In this document: one piece after another, positions 25,557 to 37,545 of the stretch
Layout of the letters: every line of letters starts with the position of its first letter
How positions within the stretch are numbered: the stretch's first letter is position 1
Source: Eutreptiella sp. 'Long Island Sound 2002'
Lineage: Eukaryota > Protista > Euglenida
Direction: 5' to 3'
Assembly: GCA_964036045.1 (NCBI GenBank)
Contig: OZ038378.1
Span: 167,772,001-167,836,000, forward strand
Length of the DNA stretch: 64,000 bases
The notes under the pieces: model-generated
What the model saw: the letters and a program-made list of their open reading frames with translations, nothing else
Databases searched by the model: none
What the model was told of the DNA's origin: nothing
Program-made: the position numbers and the translations under genes

Positions 25557-25929
25557 GAAAAACCAACCTGCAACCCGACAGCACGGAAAACTAGGCCCCT
25601 CATTTCATTTCGAAAGGGAGACTGCGAGGCTTTGTGCAGCGATACAACCTGTCTGATACATTGCCGTGGTTTTTGGCTAGGTGGCGGAGGACGCCAATGG
25701 ATTGCCAGTGCCGAGCAAGGGGTGGTGGAGGTCCCTTAGTCCTTTAGGGTCTGAGGGGATGGTGATGACGTTTGGTTTGATATTTGGCATCATGTATGCA
25801 AGGAGTAGCATGAGTCGTACAGTGTACTGCAATTGTGGTGTGAGAGGAAGCCAAAAAGCGAGGGCGTGTTGAGGGAGGATGCATAATGACAGGGCAATTG
25901 TTTCTTTGGACTGCCAGTCAAAGTGTCCG

Positions 25930-27127
25930 TACCTTGGGGACTAGGCAATCCGATCCGCGGCGGATCGGAGGTCTGGGAAACCCCCGCCCCCCCCCCCCCC
26001 AAGGATCGGCGCGGATCGTGGATCGGAGGTCCGGCAACCCCCCCCCCCCTTGTTGCCTAGGGGTGTGGATCAAAAATTTCAAAAACCACCAAAACCAGCC
26101 AAAACACATGGGTCGAAGGCATGGAAGGCATAGCAAGCAAACACAACACCAAAACAGTGCAAAACCCTGCTAGTTGCATGGGGAAAAAAAGGGACCCATT
26201 GTACATACACTGTACATGTTAGTTTGGAGTACTCACCTTTCCTTGGTGTTTTAGTTTTGATTTTGTGGGAATAGGGTTAGTGCGAGGCATTCGCCCGATT
26301 CCGTTGTTCATTTCCTAGTGGCACCAAAAGCGATTCCGATTACCTAAAGGATCAGAGTAGGGTATGGGTGTACGGTCAAAGGGAGTTATAGGGTTACGGG
26401 ATCTCACACTCTTCCTCATATAGGTAGTCCGCGGATCATTGATCCGCGGGGGTCCAAACCCCCCCCTTCCGCCCCCCAAAATGATCCGCTGATCTCGGAT
26501 CACCTACCCCATAAACCCAGCCATCCCCCACTGCCAAGCAAACTGATCCACAATTTCCCGGACTATCCATGCACACACATGTGATCCACCAATTCGGTAG
26601 CAAGAAAAATGATCCAACGGGGAGTAAAAGTAATACGTCGTGCAAGTACAAAGCACCACATTGATCCACCAATTTGTGCGAAAAAAAATGTTCCAAAAAT
26701 CTAAGTTCCAAAAAACAAATGATGCACCAATTTGTGTGGAAAAAATATTATCCAAAAATGTAAGTTCCAAATAAATGATCCACCAATTCATGTTCACAAA
26801 AGTGATCCAAAAATTTAAAAAAAGAAAATATGAAGGCACACAAAGGCACACAAAATTAGGCCAACAATCCATCTTCCAACAAAAAACTATCAAGAAAATA
26901 GTTCGCAGTTGAGGCAAGTCACACCAAATTGATCCACAAGTCCAAAAGACCATGGGCATACAGTTGAAAGTACAGTGTGCAAAATGGTCCGAGAATGATC
27001 CACCGATCGCTTTTGGATCACCACCCTTGAAAGCCCCCCCCCCCCCCTGGTGCCTAGTGTTTAGATCAAAAATGATCCGGATCACCTACCCCATACACCC
27101 CCCCCCCCCTGCCTATTGCACTAAGGA
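25930..27127. mobile_element. GATCC-rich non-autonomous DNA element (putative)
   Basis: Many GATCC(G/A)C subrepeats (gatccgcgg, gatccaccaatt x several) and an AT-rich core. The ends are imperfectly inverted (ccttggggactaggca / tgcctattgcactaagg). No coding capacity. Confidence 0.5.
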
Positions 27128-27775
27128 TGCCGCAGCCCTACGTGGAGTCTAAACGGATCTAAGTCATAGTGGAGCAAACAGACCGTGGCAAAGAACAGTC
27201 ACTGTCGAGAGCCTGTGCGTTGCGGGCTCGTGGGGGAAGTGCCTGCTCCGCTTGCCTTGAATGGCCATGTGGGCTGCCACGATAGTCGATGGGGGCATAT
27301 TGAGGCAGCACGAGTGGTCTGCTCCCACTTTTGTAGTCGGTGAGGCCATGGGGCGCATCTCGTGCTAGGTCCACATGACGCGGTTCAGGCACACCTCTAC
27401 TTGCTTGTGTGCCGCAATCCCAATATTGACGCACAACCTCGTCAAGTGGGCTGCCAACCAATGGTGTGCCTAGTCCTACAGGGATGGCAGGCAGAGCCTT
27501 TATAAGACATAATAATTCCTAATCGTTGAATTCGTATTTCGCCAGCCTAAAAACATAAATAAAATCGTCTTTCTTGCCTATTGCGTTCACGTGTCGCGTC
27601 TTTTTTCAAATGAAAAATTGGGGCTCGCGTGTTTTGACGTATTTTTTGCTTCGGGGCCCCCGGGCCCGTGTCTGTATTGTTACCCCCCCGTTCAGGCCAA
27701 TGTGTCCGTCCTTCCATGACAAATAGCGGCACCCAAACATAGCAACGTAGCACAACTCATCATTGATGCACATTC

Positions 27776-28423
27776 ACAATTGGTAAGGGATGTCATCCTT
27801 CATGTCATTGTGGAGATCATCAAACCGAGGGGCCCACTCAGGCTCTTCGGAGTTCAAAGGATCCTCCGCCTGCAAAGCGGCGCCAGCAGAATGCATACCT
27901 TTAGCGGTCACGTAGGCTGCCTTCTCACCCCTCGCATCTCGCACAGTCGCAACTGTTAATAATGTCTCACTACAATAATTACTGTTCCGCCCTCAACTCG
28001 ATAAACCATGCATGCCCCGCCAGAGGCCGCGCGCTCGCGTCTTTAAACCCAACACACCGGTTGTGGAGCCCATGCCCAACACCCGAACCTATGGCAGATT
28101 TTGCCTAGCCCCGCCACCAGCTCCGTTGGAGCTAATTTTTTTTGGGTTGCGGAGCTCGTGTCTGGGGCACGAATACCGTGTCTCAGTTTCTTGTGTTTTT
28201 TCTGTATCTTTTTTGCTACAGCCTTTGGGGGGATACCCATGAAAAACAGTGCAGTCCATCACTCAAACTGTATCTGAGGCTCTACATTAGCAACACCAAT
28301 CCCCAGACACCAGCCACAACCACATCAAATAAGTGCAATATTTTCAATGTGGGTGAACACTGAGTCAAGCACATGTTCCGGGCCAGCTTGTGCATCTTGG
28401 TGGGCCTCGAGGGGAATGTGCAT
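27776..28423 (-). pseudogene. Remnant of a compact, short-intron gene apparently interrupted at 28423 by the TIR element
   Basis: A terminal block ~27953-27776 (VATVRDARGEKAAYV...DDIPYQL*) is phase-compatible with a block at ~28092-28014 (VRVLGMGSTTGVLGLK...). The upstream block ~28423-28240 is protein-like but has stops. Confidence 0.35.
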
Positions 28424-28896
28424 CCTACTATGGTTACAAAGTAATTTACAGTAACAGCGCCCGATTCGGGCTGCATTATTATTTTTTAAATTTACATTTA
28501 CAGTATGCAGTGCATTATTATTTACTTTACATTTACATTAACATTATGGAGATGATGTGCGCGCGGCTTGCGAGAGGGAGCACCCTAACGGCCAGCGCGC
28601 TCGGGTACGACTTGGCAGACATTGGTTCGATTACTGGTACTTGCACGGTAAGCAGGGCTGTTATGCACGGGAATGGCTATGCAGGACTACGGCTTAGGAC
28701 TACGCGTAGGACTAAAGGATCTGCCCACATCTGGCGCCTGCGTTTGAATTAACTGTAAATGGGGAAAAAATGGAATTGATTTTCTGATTTAATTGATTGC
28801 TGGGGCTGAACAGCGTATTTTTATAAATGCCAGCATCAAGCGCATCTGTTCTACTATTTTTCAGACACAAATGTCAGACACATCATCTGAGCTCAA

Positions 28897-31075
28897 CTAC
28901 AGTCCCCTTCCCTTGTCCCCGGCGCCATCGGAGGTCCTCGAAGAAGACCCATATGAAGCGTGCCGATCCGCGACCTTGACGGTCGCAAAGTCAGAAATCC
29001 CGAAAAAAAAATGTTTCGGGTTGGGCCTCCTCCCCCACCCCCGGAACGTTGCGGAATGTTCCTCCCGCTTTTTGGTGTTCTTTTTGGCGTCCCAAAAAGA
29101 ACTAATGGTGACTTGAGGGCAATACCATTCCCCCATGAAGGTATTGCCCTCCTCGTCACCCACAACCACCGCCGGGGGGTCCCATGTGGGGGGCAATGCG
29201 CCACCCTCGCGAACCCCGCGGCGCCACCTCGCGAAGGGGGGTCCCTGGCAGACCCGGCGCACGATGTACATGTCGCGCGGGCCTGTGCTTTGGGGCCGGG
29301 GAACCACGGCCTGCAAGACCTTGACATTGGCGTCGAAGGTCTCCCCCACACTGAACCGCACGAGCTCGCGGTCCTTGGGGTCGGCGATGGCCAGCACCTC
29401 GTCCTTCTGCATGGTGCTGACCAATGCTGCAAAAAGGATACATGCAGTAAAGTGTGCCAACGACAAGAGGCGCGCTCCCAAACCCCACTCCAAGGTTGTG
29501 TCACTTAACCCAAACAAAACCTAAACACGCTTCTATACACATATGGGCCCGTAATGGGCCATTGCTAAGGCCTCAAAGATGAGAGGCGCGCTCCCAAACC
29601 CCACTCCAAGGCCGTGTCACCTAACCCAAACAACACCCAAACACGCTTCTATGCACATATGAGCCCGTAATGGGCCATTGCTAAGGCCTCAAAGACGAGA
29701 GGTGCGCTCCCAAACCCCACTCCAAGGTTGTGTCACCTAACCCAAACAAAACCCAAACACGCTTCTATACACATATGGGCCCGTAATGGGCCATTGCTAA
29801 CGCCTCAAAGACGAGAGGCGCGCTCCCAAACCCCACTCCAAGCTTGTGTCACCTAACCCAAAAAACACCCAAACACGCTTCTATGCACATATGGGCCCGT
29901 AATGGGCCATTGCTAACGCCTCAAAGACGAGAGGCGCGCTCCCAAACCCCACTCCAAGCTTGTGTCACCTAACCCAAACAAAACCCAAACACGCTTCTAT
30001 GCACATATGGGCCTGCAATGGGCCATTGTCACGGCACGGCAAAGAGGATGGGAAAGGCACATACCTGACTCCTTACGTTTCGCTTCTTCCTCACGGTCCT
30101 TGGCTTCCCGGCGCTCCTTCATCCTCCGAATGAGCTCCTCCGCACTGTTTCTCCCTAAACAAACCAACCAACAAATGTACAATGTGCGGGAGAAAAAAGG
30201 GGCAAACAAGAAAAAATGCACAATGAACACAAAAAGGACAAGCAGACAAGTGACGCCACCACGGGGATACCTCGCTCGCTTGGCGTCTTGGGTGCACCCT
30301 CGGCGCGTGGCTCTGGCGAACGGCGTCTCCCCTCCCCATACCCCTCCCAGTCCTTCTTCCTTTGCTCCATTGTTGCTGTAAACAGGGGTTGACGGTGAAG
30401 GAACGGAACCATGTAACACGTGCCATGGTGCAATGGTGCGTAGCGGTGCATACCACGTTCCGCCTCGGTTCGTGGTTCCGGGGAGTGCTTTGGCGTGCCC
30501 GGCGGAGTTGGACTTGGACTTGGACTTGGAGTACGAGCAATGTCAGCCAAGCGCTCAATCTCAATCTCCTTTTGCCGTTGCGCGTGTGGGTCGTCTGGTT
30601 GGGGTCGTTGCGCGTGAAGTTGGTGACGTTGTCGTTCACCAAGGCTGTCATACCAATTGACATGCCACGGTTGGGCCCCATCAAAGGCGACCTCATCCTC
30701 TTCTGCAACACAAAGAATAGGTAGGATGGAGGTAGGATAGGGAAAGCAGGCATTTTGCATGAAAATGACATGAAACACACAACCAAATCGAAATGTTTGC
30801 AACCACATACCATCCGGGTGGGACCACCAATATTCCGTGGGAGTCTCCGCATCCTTCTCGTACGCCTCGTCCGGCAACTCGATTTCCTTGCCTCCCTTCC
30901 CAATTTTTCCCTTCCATGGCTTCTTAAATCCTTTGGGGGGCAGCACATGAGGGTCGTGGGGCGGCGATGGGGGTACTTGGATGGGTGCGCTGATTGGGTG
31001 GGGACCCGGAGCCTGGTTTGCGGCCTCGGGGTCCTTCCAGTCCCAAGCAGCAGTGGCAGTGGCTTTGGCAGACAT
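28897..31075 (-). CDS. Five-exon, 412-aa cargo gene: disordered/charged N-terminal part plus a putative BAH-like C-terminal domain
   Basis: Exons 31075-30811, 30702-30454, 30375-30271, 30154-30065 and 29426-28897 are all GT-AG, all phase 1, and in frame to TAG. The last exon has VRFSVGETF...DMYIVRRV...FMGEWYCPQVT, which resembles the BAH pattern (domain call is inference). Confidence 0.75.
29467..30030. repeat. 116-bp tandem repeat, about 4.8 copies, inside intron 4 of the cargo gene
   Basis: Unit starts (gaggcgcgctcccaaacc) at 29467, 29583, 29699, 29815 and 29931. Confidence 0.95.
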
Positions 31076-31561
31076 AGTTTTGCGAAATGAAGAGCTACAG
31101 AGCGCCAGGAAATGCGCATCCCTCAACCTGGCACGCGATGCATCTGTCCCCCCTGTCAGAAATGTACTGTGATAAAACAAAAAGGTTTTCAGTTCTGTCA
31201 AATTTTGAATGTGGATGCGCGTGCGCAATGTGGGCAGATCCTTTAGTCCTACGCGTAGTCCTAAGCCGTAGTCCTGCATAGCCATTCCCGTTATGCACTT
31301 TCTTTTAAAATTTTCAGCAGCGATCGCCGATCGGCGCCCATTTTCAGCAGCGATCGGCGCAGCGGCCTGCAGGGATCGGAGCGATCGCACAGCACAGTTC
31401 TGCGCATCAACAGACTTCAATTTGCGAATTTCGTGTTTTGGACTATTATTACATTGGGAATGGTATTTCTTATTTTCGTTTTTTAAAGCATTTCACAATG
31501 ATGAGTTTGGGTTCATAATGAAAATAAATCTCCCTCACAGGATGAACCAAGGAATGAACCA

Positions 31562-32059
31562 ATGGAAGAAGATGAGGAATTGTTCAATGTGGGTGTACAA
31601 GAAGAAAAAAAGAAGCCCAAGCAATTGCTTCTCCATTTCTTCCTTGCGCCTATCCCCAAACCGAGGACACCCACTCCAAGCGAAGTTTGTGAAATTAAGA
31701 AGGCTAATGACCGTGAGAGAGTTGAGAGGCAAAAGAGAGAGGCCCAATTTTTGAATCGTTGTGGAGAGCTTGCTTTGAAGTGGGGTTTGCCATGGGGTAA
31801 GGATGTTGAATACAGGGTTTCTTCTAATCCAATTAGAAAGGGAGCTTTTGGCCGCAAGTCTTTGATTTCGAAGCATGAAGATGACCTTTATCAAGCTATT
31901 CGAGCGATTGCTTTAGGTGAGAGTCAGGAGCCGGAGTCCGGCCCTTCTTTAACCCCAAGTCCTACAGTTGTTGTTCCCATTGTGTCCACCATTGCTTCAC
32001 TCGGTCAGGGAGGCGCGTCAAGCGACCCAAGAGGGACTAGCACGGTGACAATGTTTTAG
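31562..32059 (+). CDS. Hypothetical 165-aa protein within the TIR element, divergent from the cargo gene
   Basis: Uninterrupted ATG-initiated ORF with protein-like composition, in an AT-rich context. No recognised domain. Confidence 0.45.
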   Translation: MEEDEELFNVGVQEEKKKPKQLLLHFFLAPIPKPRTPTPSEVCEIKKANDRERVERQKREAQFLNRCGELALKWGLPWGKDVEYRVSSNPIRKGAFGRKSLISKHEDDLYQAIRAIALGESQEPESGPSLTPSPTVVVPIVSTIASLGQGGASSDPRGTSTVTMF

Positions 32060-34404
32060 TCATACTTCAGATCAGTGTTGCTTTGGTGTACTGCTTGTCT
32101 TATGTGCCTTCCAGGGCGTGAGAGGGAGTCCACAAAAAAAAGAAGAAAAAAAGAAAAAAAAAGATAGGAAAAAAAACGGAGGAAGTCCACATGGGGCGCC
32201 GAAGGCGCCGAAGCAAAAAATGAGAAAAACATCCCATTATATTATCCGAGACCACCGTCCATTAAAAAATAACATTTTACATTATCCATTTTTTGGCCAC
32301 GTTATTCTTTTTTAACATTTACACTTTACATTTTCGTTTTTCGTTGACGTTATTATACTGTAAATCACTTTGTAACCACAGTAGGGTTTTGAAGCCGCGA
32401 ATCATGTCCAACTGTACAAAGTTCTATTGATCAATAATTTGATAAGAAATAGACTCAAGAATTCGCCAAAATAGGCAAAAATAAGAAGGCCGGTCGCAAA
32501 AGTCGAATTCGCGAACTGTGGCACCGCGACGCCGCGACGACGCGAAGGATGGGAGCGCTACGACACGGCGACACAATACCTAGATAAGATATTTGAGATC
32601 TGCTTCTTTGGCTACTGCGTGGATTGATGCCCATCTTTTAGGTACAAAGCATCTGAATTCTTCATTGTTCAATGCTCCAGAAAGTCGGTCTTTTTATCAT
32701 CTAATTTCGAATGCTCTAGTGTTTGTATTGATGCTGTCAGAATGTCCGTTATTTACAATGCAAAGCAACATGAACACTTCCCGAAGAAACATCGAAGGCA
32801 AAGACAACAAGCATAACACCTCGTGGCTGTTGCTATAACCGAGTTGGTCTTTACCCGTGCGATTGTGGTTGTAGGCTTCATTTTGGTCGGCACAATTTGA
32901 AGGTTGAAGGTGACTAGACTGACGGAAGCATGCAATCTGCCACCGATGACGTTTTTGTTTGCAAGAAACGGGGACACACAATCCGCAAACAACAAGCAAA
33001 CCAATGACTGAATTGGCATAAACTATTTGGTCCTTTACGGGGGAAGAATCTCTTTGGGCGGCCATTCCTACAAACGAAATACTTCAAACTTTTGAGAACA
33101 AACGAAGTGAACAACACACTATGTTGAACAAACATGTGCCTCCATTGGCCTCAATGGCTTAGAATCTGAAGCCACCATGCTAAGAATGAAGGCGGGAAAC
33201 CCTATATTCATGTTGACTGGCCAAAAAGATTCACGGTCAAAGTCAAATTTGGCTTCAAGGTGTACCATGGCACAAAGGCAGGCACAACCAAGCATCGTCA
33301 CTTCCGACCAGCATGTACCATCTTTGATTTAGCAATGTGCAAGTTCGTCTTTCATTTCTTTTAGAATACAACCCGACAACACCTACCTATTCCACTTGGA
33401 CCGCTTATGGTGTGTGGCTCACCAAGGTATTGTGCAATGGCAATTGTGCCGCAAGTCGTCCGACCGGGGGAACAATTCTGTTTTCAAGGACGCATTGTAG
33501 TCCAAAGATACCTGCAAAACAAATGCGGCCAAAAAATTGTCGGTGAATTGGGAAAATGAAAAAAGGAAAATTATTTCACTTCGTTTTTGTGCCGCACTGG
33601 AAGGTCCAAGTCTCAAGCGCAGGAGGTGCTCATCCGGCCTAAGTGAAGCGGTATGGGGTGCCTCACCCATACCTGCTGGGCTCCCGGTGGGCGCTCTTCG
33701 CATCAGGGATTTTCCTGAGCTGATTCCCAGCCTTATGGCATCCTGATTTCTGTGGAATTTCTGTAAAATACCCCAGAAATCGTCATTTTTCGTCATTTTT
33801 GGGCTGGCGGTGACAGTCGTCGCCTGCGCGACGCAGCTCCAGATCGAAGTTTTATTTCACGATTTCTGGAGATTTTAATCAATTTTATTATTGATTTATC
33901 GTTTTTAGAAATATAGGAATATAGCGTGACCTTTTTCGCGGCGTTCCGCGAAGGTCAATTTTTGCGAAAACATTCACGTTCACGATTTTTTTAAAAAATC
34001 CTGAGGCGATCCCAGGAATCAGCCAGACGCCCATGGTGTGGCCCAGCAGTGGGCCTTTTGATATATAGTTTGAATTGGGACAGAAACGCGTCGTGTCGGC
34101 TACGCGACGCGTTGGGGGGAGACATGCGAAATGAGTGTTTTTGGCTCAAAAATCACTATATTTCACTGTTTTTCGCCCAAAAACCACTGTTTGGCCCAGT
34201 TTGGGCAGGATCTCAGTGGAGATCCTGATGGCGACGACTCGTAGCCGTCAGATTTTCTGATGGCGGCGACGCCGCCGCCTTCATTTCGTCCACTTTTCTA
34301 TACTATTTTATAGTATAAAAGTGTTACATATACATATTACTTGTCTACATGTTTTCTTTGTCTACATATACCTTCATCTCTTGCCTAGGACGCCAGATTG
34401 TGTC

Positions 34405-34770
34405 ATGGCCGAGGCAAGGATCACAGAATTCTTTGGAGAAACCCAAACTGATGGAACATCAGCAAGAAAACAAGAGGAAGTCTTGGATTTCATGGGATTG
34501 GGGTCGTGCATGCCAAGGGATGCTTGGAGGTTGCCCTCCCCCCAACCTCTTCAAAAGAATTCTGCCGACGCCAAGGCCACCAAGGCGATGTGACGGCCTG
34601 CGGACGACGACGACGCCCAGACTGCAGCAGAATTGACGCTTCGTTCCGATTCTGCGTCTGCAGGAGCTAAGGTCCAGGGCATCAACATGATGAAGGAGGA
34701 ATTCCTTGACTCCTACAATGGGTATCACCTTGGCTTCCCCATGGACCCTATGGAGCCCCCAAATGTCTAG
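34405..34770 (+). pseudogene. Short ORF (121 codons) with an N-terminal PIP-box-like motif (EARITEFF), interrupted by one in-frame TGA at 34591
   Basis: MAEARITEFFG...KATKAM*RPADDDDAQ...MEPPNV* reads in a single frame, downstream of an AT-rich promoter-like stretch. Confidence 0.35.
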
Positions 34771-34829
34771 CCCGCCGCCACTAGGCGACGACCACAGCGA
34801 CGACGACGCCATCTGCGAACCGCACAAGC

Positions 34830-35050
34830 AGGCGCGTTAATTCGTCGCCTTGGGTTAGTTGGCCCTCCGGAGGTCGCCACCCTAAATAGGCGCGGGTCGC
34901 CTTGGGTAGGAAATGACCCTAAATCCCCCAAATCAGGCGCGTTAATTCGTCGCCTTGGGTTGGGAATCGACCCTAAACAGGCACGAGGAATTCGTCGCCT
35001 TGGGCAGGAAATGGCCCTAAATTCAGGCGCGAGGAATTGGTTGCCTTGGG
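34830..35050. repeat. Degenerate tandem repeat (ggcgcg..aattcgtcgccttgggt), about 5-6 copies
   Basis: The motif recurs at ~34831, 34888, 34936, 34981 and 35025. Confidence 0.75.
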
Positions 35051-35273
35051 TTTGACCCTGAATATTTTTTTTTCCGCATTTGAATTTATTGAATTATTAT
35101 GTTTCCATGCCCATGGAGAAAAAGGGCCAATATGTGCGCCTCAGCGCCATCAGTCAGGTCGGAAGGACCTGCAGCGCCCCTGGTTTGGTCACCAGAGGCT
35201 AAAGGGAGTGCCAGGGACCAGTGTGGTCGCTTGGGGGCAATTGCCCTATGAACATATCAATTTGCATCAATTG

Positions 35274-35426
35274 ATTTAGGTACATCCTTACTTACCCATT
35301 TAGGTACGTCCTTACTTACCCATTTAGGTATATCCTTACTTACCCATTTAGGTACATCTTTACTTACCCATTTAGGTACATCCTTGCTTACCCATTTAGG
35401 TACGTCCTTACTTACCCATTTAGGTA
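35274..35426. repeat. 24-bp minisatellite (ATTTAGGTACATCCTTACTTACCC), about 6.4 copies
   Basis: Head-to-tail units with no spacers. Confidence 0.95.
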
Positions 35427-35439
35427 AGCAGCCTGGGCC

Positions 35440-37271
35440 TGGGCTGCCCTGACTGTACCCACCTGCACCCATATACCTCGCCACCGGTTCCCTCCACAAC
35501 CTTCAGCACACCCGGTTGCCCTTCAACAACAGGGGGCTGTGTGCACTGCCAAATCACTGTGGTCCAGCTTGGATCTCACCACGCCGTCCCTGGACTCTGC
35601 AGACTCACTTCCGATCAAAGCCCCTGGTTAGCCCTAAAACCTTAACCTCTGCCTACACCAACCGACACCTACAAGACAAACATCCACACCAACACCTACA
35701 TGCACACCTACACCGACAGCCACACCGACACCAACACCAAAACCTACACCTACACACATCAACATCTATACCTGCACCTACACCTACACCTACACCAACA
35801 GCAGCACCAGCAACCTACACCTACACCAATGCCGAAACTTACACCTACACCTCCATCTACACCAACGCCAATACACCATTGTGCCCATTTGACCTACTTC
35901 TTTCACCCCAAATTGAGGAAAATTAATGCGGTGCTAATTACCCCACAGCTAATTACCCTTGCCCTGCGGCGCACCTGTGGCGCGCAGGAAGCATTCCCAT
36001 TGGTAAATTCGGCACGCAAAACGGCAAATTCGGCAGGCAACATGCTTTTCACATCTCCGAAGGGATGACTGTGTGTGCTGCCACTGGAAGCATGGCTTGT
36101 CCCCAGCACTTCAGATTAGAGGTCAGTGCACCCACACTGTCCCAAGTTCTCCCAACGGAAAAACAATGAGACACCGATGCTTGGCACTTAGCGTCCTTTT
36201 CCAAAGATTGTGGCCGCCCTGTTTACTGCTGAACCTCACCTCACGGTGCGCAAAGCACTAGATTGCGAACCCATGGCCGCTGGTGAGCCAGCAACGGCAG
36301 ATGCCGCTGAACAGACAATGGTTGGCCGGCAATCGGAAGCGGTTGGCGGGAACCCGCCCAGAGGCAACCCCCCTCATCCCATTGGGCTGCTCTCAGGGGT
36401 GCATCCCACGCGTCCATGGCAGGGACGGATATTGGATTGATGTTGTACTTATGGTGGGGCTGGGAGGGGGAGGCTACAGCCCGGTGCAGAAATGACAGAA
36501 AAACATTGGCGATGGCGCTGAGGCAATCCCTTTGACTAGGCTCAGGTTTGGCTGACGGCATGAAGTAGGGTCTCCACAGGATACTGCCCTCCCAGGCCAT
36601 TGCGTCGTGAGGCTCGCACCCCCCTTACTGCCAATCCCCCCCCCCCCCCCAAAAGGCTGCCTGTGCCCAAACTGTGCAGCTTCTGGGGCTTCCGGGGGCC
36701 TTTTGGGAGCGTTTCTTGGACACATCGTGGAGTTAGAGGGCACCAAAGGGGTCTTTGACACGAGGAAATCGAGCGGCATGCTGAGTGTAGGGACCTTTTT
36801 CCTTCGTTTGGCCCTTTTGAACGGGTTCTAGGGCCGTTTTGCAGTGAAAATGGCAGTTTGGCCCGGCTCAGACCAGCCCGACCAGCACTCTTCCTGTTCA
36901 CTGACAGTAGATGGCGGCTGCAGGACAGTGTTTGGGGCAGCCGACTGAGGGCAGGCAGTGGCTGCCCCAAAGGGACTCATTAATGTGGGGGGGAAAAAGC
37001 AAGTTCACGGAGCGCCCCGTTGAATATCGTACCCCCTGCCCTCTGCACCCCCGACTCCTCACACACATGAGTACCCTCTGCCCAATCACTTCTGCCTGGG
37101 TTACTTTTCCGCACGAGGATCGGCCGGCAATTGGGAGGTGACCCGTCACCTCAGTCAGAAGAGAAGAGCCCCAATACGGTTCACCGAAAAACGTGCTGAG
37201 GGTGATTCCGCTCTGAGGAACGTGTTTGCACACGTAGAGGCCCCTCGGAGGTCTCGCATCGGCAATCGATG
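35440..37271 (-). CDS. Candidate exons of an unidentified gene immediately downstream of VPS4
   Basis: AG..GT-bounded blocks: ~37271-37138 (…GLYVCKHVPQSGITLSTFFGEPYWGSSLLTE); ~36307-36240 joined in phase to ~36066-35972 (SHPFGDVKSMLPAEFAVLRAEF…PQ); ~35590-35478 (DLAVHTAPVVEGQPGVLKVVEG). Full chain not resolved. Confidence 0.3.
36610..36860. repeat. Dispersed repeat family copy (related copy at ~43700-43930)
   Basis: Shared block ...gacaYatcRtggagttagagggc...ttgacacg...ttcccttcgtttggcc...ttgaa. Confidence 0.75.
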
Positions 37272-37545
37272 GGCAGCCGACGGCTGTTGGAGTGGGATCG
37301 ACAGCGGTTTGACAGTAACCAGACAGTCCCTGGGCGGTCTTTCATGCGAAAAAAATCAAAGGCTCTGAACGTCCGTAAGGGCCGCCTTGACTCAAATCAA
37401 ATGCTGGGGGAAACCCTCGCAACGGCACTCCAGTAGGGGGGGGGGGGGGGCACAGGGCGCAGCCTGGAAAGCAGAATCCAGCCGGTTGAGGGCGTCCCAT
37501 CCACAGAGGACTGCAGCCCCTGAAAAGACAGACCCCTGTCCCCGC

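Larger units (their letters stand above)
28667..31291. repeat. Pair of 64-bp perfect inverted repeats (28667-28730 and 31228-31291) framing the cargo gene
   Basis: acgggaatggctatgcaggactacggcttaggactacgcgtaggactaaaggatctgcccacat and its reverse complement are directly visible. Confidence 0.9.
28424..32385. mobile_element. 3,962-bp element bounded by 30-bp terminal inverted repeats, carrying two divergent genes and no recognisable transposase
   Basis: Left end CCTACTATGGTTACAAAGTAATTTACAGTA (28424-28453) versus the reverse complement of 32356-32385 matches at 28/30. AT-rich subterminal regions. No TSD seen. Confidence 0.7.

Noticed and set aside
29467-30030. 116-bp periodic repeat as a CRISPR array
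   Set aside because: The whole unit is conserved and there are no unique spacers.
35274-35426. 24-bp repeat as a CRISPR array or telomeric tract
   Set aside because: The units are head-to-tail with no spacers, there are no cas genes, the context is eukaryotic, and it is not a simple TTAGGG-type tract.
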